Of a stretch of 64,000 bases of DNA, positions 38,367 through 51,492 are shown piece by piece. A program made the translations under genes and the position numbers. The stretch covers positions 47,058,001 to 47,122,000 of the forward strand of contig NC_043009.1 in the NCBI RefSeq assembly GCF_006345805.1. Reading direction: 5' to 3'. The notes beneath the pieces were generated by a model that had not been told where the DNA came from, searched no databases, and saw nothing but the letters and a program-made list of their open reading frames with translations. This DNA comes from Octopus sinensis (Eukaryota). Position 1 is the first letter of the stretch. The number at the start of each line of letters is the position of its first letter.

Positions 38367-38541
38367 CGCCATGATAGATCGTTAGCTCCTACACGCATTT
38401 TTTTCTCTCCTTGTTTTTTTCTGTGTATCTTTCTGTCGAAGAGCGTAGGCTCGAAACATAAAAGACTTTTTCTATTTCTATTCCTGAGCGCTATACTAAT
38501 ACATTTGTTTGTTTGTACTCCACCTGCCTTCGTCTTTTGTT
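38365..38541 (+). mobile_element. Putative Penelope-like pseudo-LTR in (TA)n
   Basis: Homologous to 57575-57750(-); carries a hammerhead-like motif; (TA)n on both flanks. Confidence 0.6.
38428..38465 (+). ncRNA. Hammerhead-like motif with variant core CUGUCGA
   Basis: TCTTT-CTGTCGA-A-GAG-CGTAGG-CTC-GAAA-C-ATA-AAAGA. Confidence 0.55.
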
Positions 38542-38560
38542 TATTTTCGTAAACTTTCCC

Positions 38561-38635
<75 letters not shown>

Positions 38636-38814
38636 TATATATATTTGATTGTTTATTTGTTTGTTTCTTTCATTCTTTCTCTCTTTGTCTATTTATTTAT
38701 TCAGTATTTTACTCTCTCCGCTTGCAAATATCACTCACCTGCATCCTAATATTCTGAAAATGAACCTTTTACTGAATTCATTTGCTTGTAAGCCAGTCAA
38801 ATAATTGGTATGAG

Positions 38815-38868
<54 letters not shown>

Positions 38869-39101
38869 ACACGTACAAAAGTGAAAGAAGAAACAAAAAC
38901 GAGCTTTATTTTCCCATTGAAATGCTTCAGGGTTCAGTTCCACTGCGTAGTACCTTGAGAGAGTGTCTTATACAATATACCGGACAGACCAAAGCCTCGT
39001 GAGAGGATTTGTTAGACGGAAAGGGAAAGAAGTGCATCGTATAGAATGCTTATGTGGAGTATGGTGTAAGCATTCTTCGCCTGGTTCTGGCCGGCGGCGT
39101 G

Positions 39102-39491
39102 TATATCAATATCTATAAAGCTGAAATGCGAAAAAGTTGTTTGATTTCTTGGTTATTTGTCTCATTTTGGGATGGGAACGGTTTAAGGGGCGGTAGATGG
39201 GGTCGGATTGGCGTCAAAATTTACACTTGGGTAAAATGGGCTGGGCAATGGTGTGAGGAGGGTTGCAAGTCGCTCAGGGCTACCGTTTGGTTGCCATGGT
39301 GAGGAATATGGGAAAAAGTGAGTGTTAAAGAAGATAAAGACGAAAGAAAAATTTAAAAATAAGAAAAAGAAGAGGGCAATAAAAAGAACTAGGCAAAGAA
39401 GACGAACAAAAGAAGAAAGGAAAACGGAGACAACACGCACAAAACAACACTACCACCAAAACCCGAGCGATGCACAGGTCAAAATAGCTAG
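39102..39491 (+). mobile_element. Non-autonomous Helitron A
   Basis: TATATCAATATCTATAAAG start; 3' hairpin CCCGAGC-GAT-GCACAGG, then CTAG (39488-39491). Confidence 0.6.
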
Positions 39492-39981
39492 TCTATAATA
39501 ATAAAAGTGAAATTCTGTCTGTCCGGGACCCCTGAATCTCAGACTGCATTTGCTCTCCATAGACATATTATACCTTTTTGGAATCAGGATGATCACGGGA
39601 TTGAAAATCAGCCCTTCATTTGATTCTTGAACATCCAGCATTGAAATCTGGTTTAAAATCATTTGGATTGCTATTTCTAACAGATAGAGCTTGGATGATT
39701 CACGCCATCTTGGTTGGCGTTTGTCAGATGACGTCAGAGATCAAGGGGGAGATAAATTACATCCGCTTCGTTAATTTTACATCGGGTTAAGAACTTTGGG
39801 ACAAATTGGCCAATAACAGGAATTCAACTTGGAACTGCATTACAGAATTAATTCTCACCTGTCCTTAACCTCTGATCAAACATCGTTATAGACGTCATAT
39901 AGTCATGCTGTTTAGTTCTCTTTAGTTCTGGACCGCAGGAGCCTGCTTAAAAGTCCGCACGGAGTGCGGCTTTTAAACTAG
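39492..39981 (+). mobile_element. Non-autonomous Helitron B
   Basis: 5' TCTATAATAATAAAAGTGAAATTCTGTCTGTC; 3' hairpin CCGCAC-GGA-GTGCGG (39955-39969), then CTAG|T. Confidence 0.8.
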
Positions 39982-40424
39982 TTATAAACTGACGAACGTT
40001 CAACGTTATTAATTGATGTGTGTCTGTGTGTGTGAAAATGTTCTGAGGGTTGATTCACTCAACTGTAACATTGAAGGCGGTGCCCCAGCATGACTGCAGT
40101 CCACTAACAGAAACAAGTAGAAGATGATCTATCACATGACTCTATTTTACGCCGCTCTTCTCTCAGACTGCCACTAAGCATTGGTGTAAAGCACAGCTTT
40201 GAATGACTATCTAAATATACGGCTTCTTCTTTTTTTACCAATCTGCTTCAGAACGTTCTTGGTTTTATAACACAAACTTATTTTAAATTAATCGAAGGTA
40301 GATTTATGGAAATATATTGCAATTATCAAGATTTTACGAGATTCATTGTAAACCTTTGTTGTTTTGGCTAAGTGAAAATAAGAGAAAATTTTAATTGCTC
40401 TTTGTTAGACTAACTACAATTATT

Positions 40425-41172
40425 GGCGGCACGTTGGCAGAATCGTTAGCACACCAGGCAAAGTGCTCAGTGTCATTTCGGCCATCTTTACGTTTCGAGT
40501 TGAAATTCCGCCGAGGTCGACTTTGTCTTTCATCCTTTCGGGAGTCGATAAAACAAGTTCCATTTGAGCGCTGGGGGTTTCGACATAATCGACTTTCCCC
40601 TCCCCCGAAATTTCAGGTCTTGTACCTGTTGTAGAAAGGGTTATTATAATTATAATTATTGGGGGCGAGCTGAGTGAATAGTTAGCACGCTGGGCAAAAT
40701 GTTCCAGTGCATTTCTTCCTGTTTTAGGATCTGAGCTTAAATTTCGCCGAGGTTGACTTTACCTTTTTATCATTTCGGGGTCAATGAAATAAGTATCAGT
40801 TGAACCCTGGAGTTGATGTAATCGACCATCCCCATCCCCAAAATGTCTCAGGTCATGTGCCTACAGGAGAAAGAATTATTATTGTAATTATTGATGAGTC
40901 AGCAAGCTGTCGGAATCATTAACGTGTCGAACAAAATTTGTTCTAAAGTATCTTCCTGAGTTCAAATTCCGCTGAGGTCGACATTGCCTTTCATCCTTTC
41001 GAGGTTGATAAAATATTCTTTTCTACTCTAGGCACAAGACCCCAGTACTCAACTGGTACTTAATTTCTCGACCCCGAAAGGATGAAAGGCAAAGTCGACA
41101 TCGGCGGAATTTGAACTCAGGACGTAAAGACTGACGAAACACCGCTAACGTTTCTGCTAGCTCATCGCCTTA
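40425..41172. mobile_element. Cluster of four SINE family D copies
   Basis: 40425-40637(+), 40662-40877(+), 40897-41010(+), 41015-41172(-). Confidence 0.8.
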
Positions 41173-41610
41173 TAATGAGAATTCTATTATGATACTGAAA
41201 GATTTGTTTTTCTCAAAAAACTTTCATTTGCTCACATTTCTGTCCCTCCTCATTTCGCGATCTTTTCCTTCCTTCCCATTTGAGATAATCATAGTTTTTC
41301 CAAAAGTACGCCGGGTTTTGCTGAATGGGCTCTGATTTTTCCTCACTGCTATGACGCTACTTATACGCTCTTTCTGCACTGTCACCACACTGCCTCATAG
41401 ACTCCGCTTCTTTTAATGCGACATACGACATACGTACGTTTCTCTGAACTGCCTAAATGCATACTCGCACCGCTGTCCACCTTTCTTCCTGTTACACATT
41501 AATAACATCTCACCTCTAGATACTCCACTGTCTATTTCACTCACTCACTCCTTTCCTCTCTAGAATACCTTCTTCATTCCTTACGTTTTCCTTCTCTGAA
41601 TATTGACTTA

Positions 41611-41997
41611 GTGGAGGCGCAATGGCCCAGTGGTTAGGACAGCGGACTCGCGGTCATAGGATCGCGGTTTCGATTCCCAGACCGGGCGTTGTGAGTGTTT
41701 ATTGAGCGAAAACACCTAAAAGCTCCACGAGGCTCCGGCAGGGGATGGTGGTGATCCCTGCTGTACTCTTTCACCACAACTTTCTCACTCTTACTTCCTG
41801 TTTCTGTTGTACTGTACTTCAAAGGGCCGGCTTTGTCACTCTCTGTGTCACGCTGAATATCCCCGAGAACTACGTTAAGGGTACACGTGTCTGTGGAGTG
41901 CTCAGACACTTACACGTTAATTTCACGAGCAGGCTGTTCCGTTGATTCGGATCAACCGGAACCCTCGTCGTCGTAACCGACGGAGTGCTTCCACCAC
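41611..41997 (+). mobile_element. SINE H2+T2
   Basis: 11-bp TSD ATATTGACTTA (41600-41610 / 41998-42008). Confidence 0.92.
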
Positions 41998-42379
41998 ATA
42001 TTGACTTACAACTGTTCAATCAAAACTGGACACCGACCGCACGTATTTCAACCATGATGGACATCCGTTCAAATATCTTAACACTTTACCACACTACCAC
42101 TTCTCTTTCACTAATTAATCATTGGAAAATACGAAAGAAATATTTATAAAACAACACATAATCCTGCCACGCCTGGCTAATTAATGGAGCAATAAAAATA
42201 AATTAGTCAGTATATAAAATTGAAATTATTCATTAAAGTAAAAGTTGGTTGCTTGAAATTAATCTGGGGTAGGGTTATTTGGATATTTTGATAGTCATTA
42301 CATCAAAGTTCATTAAAAATAATAAAAACATTGAGAAACTGTGTATAACAGCTGTCTACGAATCATTTCATCTTTGACT

Positions 42380-42661
42380 TTTCTTTCTTCCGCTCTTCTT
42401 TCATGTCCTTCTTTCTTTTCACTTCTCTCTCCTCTGTCTTTCCTTCATCGTCTCTCACTCTCCTTCTCCATCTCATTCTCTCATTCTACTTCCCTCTCAC
42501 CACCTCTCTCTCCCATCTCTTCCTGCATCTCTATCCCATCTCTTTTTCCATCTTTCTCCATCTCTCTCTTTCTGTCCTTCCCTCCCCCATTTCTTTCTCT
42601 CTGTCTGTCTCTCCGTCTCTGTCTGTCTGTCTCTCCGTCTCTGTCTCTCTCTCTGTCTCTC

Positions 42662-42727
<66 letters not shown>

Positions 42728-42740
42728 CCTCTCTCTCTTT
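42380..42740. repeat. Polypyrimidine/(CT)n tract
   Basis: Direct reading. Confidence 0.9.
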
Positions 42741-43084
42741 CTCATATTTGATATTAACCGTCATTATTTCCCTTTCATTTCTGCCCTTTTTATTCCTATA
42801 CGAACATACTGCCTCTTCGCATACATACATACATACAGACACATAAAAACAAACACATACATACACACACATAAAGGAACATACACTCATACACACACAC
42901 ACCTATAATTATGTGTGCATATATGTTTGTGCCTGTATGTGTATGTGTATGCATGTGTATGCATGGGTATGGGTATGTGTGTGTGTGTGTGTAAATGCCA
43001 TCGTCTTTCTGTTGTTTTCTTCTTCACTTACCGTTTATTAATATAAGCTTTCTTCTCTCAGTTTCTCTCGCTCCGCCTAATTAC

Positions 43085-43434
43085 CAACACATTTTTCTTC
43101 CCCCCCCCACTTTATTTACTCTTTACTCTTTAACTTGTTTCAGTCATTTGACTGCGGCTATGCTGGAGCACCGCCTTTAATCGAGCAAATCGACCCCGGG
43201 ACTTATTCTTCTGTAAACCCAGTACTTATTCTATCGGTCTCTTTTGCCGAACCGCTAGTGACGGGGACATAAACACACAAGCATCGGTTGTCAAGCGATG
43301 TTAGGGGGGGGGACAAACACAGATACACAAACTCAGAGGTGGATTCACATATTAGTGTAGCTCATTCAGCGGTGGTGCCCCAGCATGGCCGCAGCCTTCG
43401 GGCTAAAACATTTTTAAGGATTTAAGGATACACG

Positions 43435-43501
<67 letters not shown>

Positions 43502-43678
43502 TATACATATATACGACGGGCTTCTTTCAGTTTCCGTCTGCCAAATCCACTCACAAGGCTTTATTCAGGCCGAGGCTATAGTAGAAGACACTTGACCAAG
43601 GTGCCACGCAGTGGGACTGAACCCTGAACCATGTGGTTGGTAAGCAAGCTACTTACCACACAGCCACTCCTGCGCCTA
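43085..43678 (-). mobile_element. Full-length SINE family C with an opposite-strand ~100-bp tail fragment inserted in its microsatellite
   Basis: Insert GGTGGTGCCCCAGCATGGCCGCAGCC at ~43335-43425. Confidence 0.8.
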
Positions 43679-44169
43679 TTTATTTCTGTGTCTGTCTCTC
43701 TCTTTCTCCCTCTCCCCCTCTCTCTCTCTCTTTCTCCCTCCCTCCCTCTCTCTTCGCTCATTCTCCTTTCTCTTCCTATACCTCTCTATACACACACGCG
43801 CGTACACGCACACATTGAAGCATACACATACGCGCACGCACATACGCACACACACATACACACACACACGCACATACATTTGTTTTTAATGTAGTTATCA
43901 ATAAAAGCAATTTAGCATAATACTGAAAAGCCACTCAATATTTTTTAGTGGAGTACATTTTTTATTAATTTTACAAAGAAAAAATTAACAGTAACTTTGA
44001 AGTAAGGAGTTAGCATAGCCATGAGTTCGACGACGGCTGGTAAACCGAAACTTTGAAGTCACTATCAACCTTTCCTTTGTAAAAATTAATAAACATGTAC
44101 TCTACCAAACAGTAAATACACGCACACACACATAATATACCCAAACAGGCCGATCTACCGCAAATATCT

Positions 44170-44181
44170 CTCTATCTATCG

Positions 44182-44238
<57 letters not shown>

Positions 44239-44623
44239 ACTAGCTAGCTGCCTGTCTGTCTGTCTGCCTGTCTGTCTGTCTGCCTGTCTGTCTGCCTGTC
44301 TATCTGCATGCCTGTCTGTCTTTCTGCCTGTCTGCCTGTCTGTCTTCCTGTCTACCTGCCTGCCTGTCTGCCAGCCTGCCTGTCTGCCTGTCTGTCTGTC
44401 TGTCTGTCTGTCTGCCAGCCTGCCTGTCTGTCTACCTGTCTGTCTACCTGTCTGCCTGCCTACCTGACTGCCTGACTGTCTACCTGCTTGCCTGCCTGCC
44501 TGCCTGGCTGCATGCCTGTCTGTCTGCCTGTCTGTCTGCCTGTCTGTCTGCCAGCCTGTCTGCCAGCCTGTCTGTCTGCCTATCTGTCTGCCTATCTGTC
44601 TGTCTGCCTGTCTGTGTGTGTAT

Positions 44624-44625
<2 letters not shown>
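44170..44625. repeat. Tetranucleotide array drifting CTAT > CTGT > CTGC
   Basis: Direct reading. Confidence 0.9.
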
Positions 44626-44666
<41 letters not shown>

Positions 44667-45339
44667 CGTGCGTGTGTGTGTGCGTGTGTGTAAACCTTGA
44701 AAGCCCCCATCAGACCCTCTCTGGTTGATAAGGTTCTATTCAATTAACGATGACTTCGAACTTCTGTTTCTGAATGCATAAGAGATTAGGAAACATGAAC
44801 TCAAGAGGGAATTCTATGTAGCTATAGACTGGAATGAAGGAAGGATTGATGGGAGACGTATTAAAGACGACAAAAAGAAGTAATTATGAGGAACATGATG
44901 AGAAATTAATATGAAATCGATAGGAGATCAATGAAGGTGATATGCGATTTTCTATCTCAGCTGTAGTTATGAGACATTCTAGTACAGCCGCTTTGGCGCA
45001 GACTGTAGGGCGTCACTGATTCGGCATGACTTAGAGCTACCTCGCCACCAATCATTTGTGGCCGCTGAGATGGTAAGTAAAACCACTTCCTTGTTTCTTC
45101 ATGCTAAACACACGTGAAAACAAATATTTTATTCGTGTTCCCCAAATAGATTTACTTACGTAATATTTACCTAAGTGTGAATATGATATCTGTGGCTGTT
45201 TCTCAGGAAAATTGAGCCTGCGATAATAGATTAGGACATCCCTGTTTGTGAGTTTTGGTGCTGTATTGTTCAATATTTACATATTTAGAGCTGTTTTGTG
45301 GTAGTTTGGACCGAGTAAAAGGAAACCTTTATTTCATAT

Positions 45340-45584
45340 TTTTTTCATTGTTTCAGTCATTAGACTACGTGATGCTGGGGCAGCCCCTCCAATGGTCTTT
45401 TTTTTTGTCGAGGAAATCGATTCCAGTGTTTATTTTCTAAGTCTAGTACTTATTCTATTGGTCTCTCCTGCGGAACTGGCAAGTTATGACGACGCAAACA
45501 AACCAACCCCGGTTGGCAAGCGGTGGTGATGGGAGGAACAAGCACGATCACAAAGATACACACACGCTTAAATACACACACGCG

Positions 45585-45615
<31 letters not shown>

Positions 45616-45785
45616 ATACACGAAGGGCATCTACACAGTTTCCGTCTACCAAATTCACTCACACAGCACTGGTCCATCAAGGGCTATAATAGAAGATCTT
45701 GCCCAAGATGCTGCGCTGGAGCACTGAACTGAAACCACGTGATTGCAAAGCAAGTGTCTTAACCACACACCCACTTTCGTTTTCC
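45340..45785 (-). mobile_element. Diverged SINE family C
   Basis: Reverse family C motifs with an internal (CA)n. Confidence 0.75.
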
Positions 45786-46503
45786 ACCTTTAAAAATTTG
45801 GAAAATGCATGAACGCCACAGCTGCCAACTCGCTCCATATATCTGTAAGAAGCAACAACAAAAAATCCCTCATGTATGATCGTGTCATGACGTCATTTAT
45901 ACGTAATTATGTGCAGTTGAATGTAGTTATACATATGTAATTATGTGTTGGGTGTAAATGTGATTATATATGTAAGTGTATATATGTAATTATGTGTATG
46001 TTCATATAATTATATACATTTTAGCTATTTGGTAGTTTGGTTTATTATGTGTATGTAATTTTGTATGATCTATATATAATTATGTAGTGGGTGTATGAAA
46101 TTGTCCGCGGCGTGTATATAAATGTCTCTATGTACATGTAATTAGGAGTGGTATTGTTTTACGGGTTTTGTTTCTGAGCAGCGACCATGCTAGAGCACCG
46201 CCTTCATGGATTGTAGTGGATCGTATTGGTCTTAGTATTTATTTTCAGCTTGGTAAATATGTTGTCGATCTCTATCTATTCGATCACTATAGAACGGACC
46301 TGGACGCAAATGGGGACAAATTAACACAAATGACATCAGTTCACACCAACAATCACACACATGCACATACACACATGCACACACGCACACACACACACAC
46401 ATACACGGATGCATACATTACACACAAACATACATACAGAGGTTTGTCGATGCAAACAAAAAAAAACAGAACTGAAAACTTGTATATATATATATATATA
46501 TAT

Positions 46504-46556
<53 letters not shown>

Positions 46557-46559
46557 ATT

Positions 46560-46668
46560 AATAATCTGCTGAAGTTACAGAGTTAAAGAGTGACTCAAGG
46601 ATCGAAGTTTGATGTCAACGCACGAAACCCCTGTTCCACGAGTCACTCCGAAACTTCTGCCGATTATT
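46560..46668. mobile_element. Short fold-back (MITE-like) element
   Basis: ATAATCTGCTGAAGTTACAGAGT..GAGTGACTC / GAGTCACTCCGAAACTTCTGCCGATTAT. Confidence 0.55.
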
Positions 46669-46743
46669 TATAAAAAATGTATACATACATACATGTGCGC
46701 TCACGCACACACACACACACATACATATATATCGCCATCCAAA

Positions 46744-47289
46744 ATGGGTTACAGAGATCGAAGACAGCATATTAAGCGTTTAATCGCGCCCAAGCATTGG
46801 ATGCTGGCAAATCTCGAAGGTGTCTTTTCACCCCGACCCAGCACCGGATCCCACTAAGTGAGCGAGTGTCTGCCTTTGATAACTTTCCTCAGAAATCGTC
46901 TGAAGTATGCACTCACTTCGGATGAAGTGAAGAAGATTGTGAAACAGAGATTGATAAGAGTTGATGGATTAGTGAGAACAGATCACACATACCCAGCTGG
47001 TTTCATGGATGTCATCACCATTGAAAAGACTAATCAATATTTCCGTTTGATTTATGATGCAAAAGGAAGGTTTTTTGTGCAAAGTATTAAAGCTGATGAA
47101 GTACAGTATAAACTGTGTCGCGTAAAGAAAGTACAAACTGGTATGAAGAGCATTCCATTTCTAGTAGCACATGATGGTCGTACAGTCCGCTACCCTGATC
47201 CTCTCATCAAAGTTAGTGACAATGTCTTGTTAGATATTGCTACTAGCTAGATCTAAGAGCTTATCAAACTTGACTCCGGTAACCTATGT
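46744..47289 (+). pseudogene. RPS4: Intronless 40S ribosomal protein S4 (eS4) pseudogene, 3'-truncated
   Basis: [99 protein letters not shown]; 182 codons, no introns or frameshifts, stops at 46855, 47248 and 47254. Confidence 0.95.
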
Positions 47290-47305
47290 ATATATATATA
47301 TATAT

Positions 47306-47349
47306 GCTAGTCTTCAGCCATTTTGAATTCAAAATCGCTGAAGACTAGC
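47306..47349. repeat. 44-bp near-perfect palindrome
   Basis: GCTAGTCTTCAGC-C-ATTTTGAATTCAAAAT-C-GCTGAAGACTAGC. Confidence 0.9.
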
Positions 47350-48738
47350 GTCACACTTGAAACTCAAAAGTACCAACGAATTTGAATTAAACATTTTTGA
47401 TCCATATATCTATGCATGTATGTTTGTATGTATGTATGTACGTATACATATGTGTATATATATACATGCATACATACATAATACACACACACACACACAT
47501 ATATATATATAGTAAATGCGAAAGTAAATGTCAGTGTGTCACACTTTTTCAACTTTCACTCCTCCAGCCCCGCCTCTCACTATTCAATGACACTTCTAGT
47601 ATTCCTCATGCTTTACACCTCCCTCACTCTTCAATGACTCTTCTACTATTTTCATTCTTAGTAGCTCTTACTGTTTTAATAGAGAAGAAGAAGCAGTTAA
47701 GTTGAATGAGTTTGTAATCATACCATTTTGCTTGTGTATTTGTGTATCTCTTTGGGATGTTAAGTCCTCTCTAAGCTCTTCTTATTTATTTATTCTTGAC
47801 TCTGATGAAGCTCCATGTTTCAGATCGGTTTTATTACCAAATATGATAAATATTTTTAGCATATCAATAGCAATACCATACAACATTGGAAGCAGAAACA
47901 GCTGTTTGATGGGATGCAGTCTATTTGTATTGAATTAATAAATAATAATTGATGTAAGTCAATTGTTGTTCATCAATTTCTGTTTTCTTTAAATCACACA
48001 CACACACTCACATATATATTTATATACCTATGACGAACTTACAATTTTCATCATCCAAATTCTACTAACAAGGAAGTTGGTCAACACGAAGCACCCAAAT
48101 CTTCGTGGTTGCGAAATGGGTTTCTTAATTACACAGTCATACCTGCACGAATGTATGTTACCTACGTTTTTATTCTGCTTTGCGTCCTCTTTTGTATGCG
48201 TAGTGTCTTGTCCTGTAGCAGCATATATTTGCATCCAAACAGATTGTATGTAGTCTAGACATTGTGGTCACAGCTCTGTAAATTATATGTCCATTTGCTA
48301 TTTTTAATAATTAGACAGTTCAAAGAAAAGAAACGAGCAGAATAACGTCGGAAAATGAGATTCAGGTTGCGGCTTGACTACGATTATGTGAACATGGGAG
48401 ATTGCAATTCCAAAGAAAATAAGAGTAATTGAGAATGTTGCGCTCTTGTTAGTGATTTAGTTAAATAGACTGTGAGACTGTTTGTAAATAAAAGAGAGGG
48501 AAAGAGAGACAAGTGAATAAATGAACAGAGAGAGAGAGAGAGAGAGAGAGAAAGAGTGAGAGTGAGTGAGAGAAAAGAGAGAAAGAAGGAGAGGGAGAGA
48601 GACAGAGTTCGAAAAATGTATGCGTGTGTCACCCTATCGTTTTTTTGATAAACATCAGTTTTCGTCGTTCACATCAGCCGATTGTCAATAGCGTCTCGTG
48701 TATGACAGCATTTGATTCTCTCTCTCTCTCTCTCTTTC

Positions 48739-48789
<51 letters not shown>

Positions 48790-48968
48790 GATTTTTTTGA
48801 AGAGCTTCCTGTCCTATTTTTCTAAAGTAAACATAGCTTATAAACTATACTTAGCTTCACTGATTAGCGATCAACAACTTTTGATACTAAGGGTATTTTT
48901 CTTAGGTCACCTTAAAACCCCCATACGCCACACCCGCCCTTCTCAGACAAAGCAATGCATTGCAGCCC

Positions 48969-49131
48969 AGGGCCGACTTAACAACATTATAAAGTCTCTT
49001 GGGAAATCAATGCAGTGGACTCTATAGTATTTATTTATAACAGCAATTCACAGCATACATAGATCAGAATTGAGCCCCCTAGACCGATAAGGTCCCCAAA
49101 TCTTGTATACTCATGCCTTAAGACGATACTG
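48969..49131. mobile_element. hAT-like MITE (tentative)
   Basis: CAGGGCCGACTTAA ... TTAAGACGATACTG imperfect TIRs. Confidence 0.45.
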
Positions 49132-49907
49132 CTATTGCTTGTAGAATTAAATCATTGACAGACAGCAATCCGTGGCATATATAAATTAAACATGGAATTC
49201 CCTATCAAACCCGAGTGACCTTCGGACAGCTATCCAATATGATGCTCCGGCCTTATGGACAACGTTGTATCTTTTGATATGCAAGGACTAAAAATAATAG
49301 GTGTTAAGTATTTCTGCCACGATTATTGGACGGTGTCGGTTTTCATGGGAGTAACAGATGTCGACCCTTCTACTGTCAAGACGGAACTTTAACTGATTCA
49401 ACCACACACTCACATAAACACAAGCGCACACGCACTGCACGCAGACATCACGCACATACATATACACTTACGCGCATGAACACAGAAATAAAGTTACGTG
49501 CATGCCCTTAGTCATACACACCCACTTCATATATATATATACACGAGCCTATGCACACACACACACACACACACACGCACACACACATACACACACACCT
49601 GTTTATTATTCTCAGTTGTTAATGATTTTTTTTTGTAATTTGATTAACGCAAGTTCATCGTATATGTTTGTGTGCATACGTTATATATATCTTAATGTGC
49701 GTGTATGTGTGTATGTGCGTGTTTCTACACGTACTGACATATATGTGAGAAAGTTCGAGTAAGTTTACACACAGACGTTTATATGCATATACGTATGTAT
49801 ATATGTGTGTATGTGTGTGTGCGTTTGTTTCATGATGACAATGAGTCCAACAAAAGGTATTCTGTTTCGACCGACAATATGTCGAGCACTGACTAACAAG
49901 ACAACTG

Positions 49908-50212
49908 CGTGGTGGTGGTGGTGGTGGTAGTGATGGTGGTGGTGGTGGTGGTGGTGGTAGTGGTGGTAGTGGTAGTGGTGGTGGTAGTAGTAGTGGTAGT
50001 GGTGGTAGTGGTGGTAGTGGTGGTAGTGGTGGTAGTGGTAGTGGTAGTGATGGTGGTGGTGGTAGTGGTGGTAGTGGTAGTGGTGGTGGTAGTGGTAGTG
50101 GTGGTGGTAGTAGTGGTGGTAGTGGTGGTAGTGGTGGTAGTGGTGGTGGTGGTGGTAGTGGTGGTAGTGGTAGTGGTGGTGGTAGTAGTAGTGGTAGTAG
50201 TAGTAGTAGTGT
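49908..50212. repeat. (GTG/GTA)n trinucleotide microsatellite
   Basis: Direct reading; explains the poly-V and poly-P ORFs. Confidence 0.95.
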
Positions 50213-50239
50213 GTGCTGCATATGTTTATTTTATTTATT

Positions 50240-50549
50240 TATGCGCCGTTTTCAAGCCTAACCAGGCTCATGGGCTCGGTTTCCCGGTTTCTGTGGTGTA
50301 TGTGTTCCCTCTCCAGTTGGACGGGACGCCAGTCCATCGCAGCGTTACCCAAGAAACAGGAAGAAAGAGTGAGAGAAAGTTGGGGCGAAAGAGTACAACA
50401 GGGGTCGCCACCCCCCACCCCCCGCCGGATCCTCGTGGAGCTTTATGTGTTTTCGCTCAATAATCACACACAACGCCCGGTCTGGGAATCGAAACCGCTA
50501 TCCTCCGACCGCGAGTCCGGTGCCCTAACCACTGGGCCATTGCGCCTCC
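50240..50549 (-). mobile_element. SINE H2+T1
   Basis: H2 head joined to the T1 tail seen on H1 copies at 521 and 8672. Confidence 0.85.
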
Positions 50550-50999
50550 GCAGCGGCAAATGCTATCAGCCAGAAAACCTAAACACAAAAATCCACAGAC
50601 GAAGTTCCTTGAGATGTTTGTTCTGCATCCATCAAATCATAGATCCTACTCCCTTGTCAATTAATTAAATTCGGTTAACCATAGAATGGTTCTTTGGATT
50701 CTTGTAAACAACGACGCTATTGTCAACCATTTCTGTTATAAAATAAATAGATAAGTAAGCAAATAAATAAAAATAGAGAAATGAAATTGCTTCTGTTGGG
50801 AATCCCCAACCGGATGTCATGCTTATCTCTCCATTATCCTCCACTCCTGTCCTGTATAAATGATTTCTCTTGGAAAAGTACGTTGCACTGCGCACTGCAG
50901 TGGGTGTCATCCAATAATCTCTCTTGTAATGATAACTGATGCAAATGTTGGTTGGTTTTTCCAGTTTAGCTTTACATCATATATATATATATACATATA

Positions 51000-51210
51000 C
51001 ATAATTCTTTTATTCTTTTACTTGTTTCAGTCATTTGACTGCGGCCATGCTGGAACAAATCGACCCAGGACTTATTCTTTTTAAGCTTAGTACTTATTCT
51101 ATCGTTCTCTTTTGCCGAACCGCAAAATTACGGGGGCGTAAACACACCAACATCGGTTGTCAAGCGACGGTGGTGGTGGTGGGAGGGACAAACACACACA
51201 CACATATATA

Positions 51211-51262
<52 letters not shown>

Positions 51263-51425
51263 GACGGGCATCTTTCAGTTTCGTCTACCAAATCCACCCA
51301 CAAGACTCTGGTCTGCCCGAGGCTGTAGTAGAAGACACCTGCCCAAGGTGACACGCAGTGGGACTGAACCTGGAACCATGTGGTTGGTAAGGAAGCTTCT
51401 TACCATACACCCACTCCTGCGCCCC
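51000..51425 (-). mobile_element. SINE family C
   Basis: Reverse family C with an internal (TA)n. Confidence 0.85.
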
Positions 51426-51479
<54 letters not shown>

Positions 51480-51492
51480 ATGTGTGTTTATG

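Noticed and set aside
46560-46668. Hammerhead suggested by GAGTGACTC/GAGTCACTC-C-GAAAC
   Set aside because: No CUGANGA precedes the stem. The pairing is part of a larger inverted repeat (MITE-like).
46858-47250. 130-aa ORF as a functional RPS4 CDS
   Set aside because: It is bounded by in-frame stops within an intronless, truncated copy and starts at GTG mid-protein; treated as a pseudogene.
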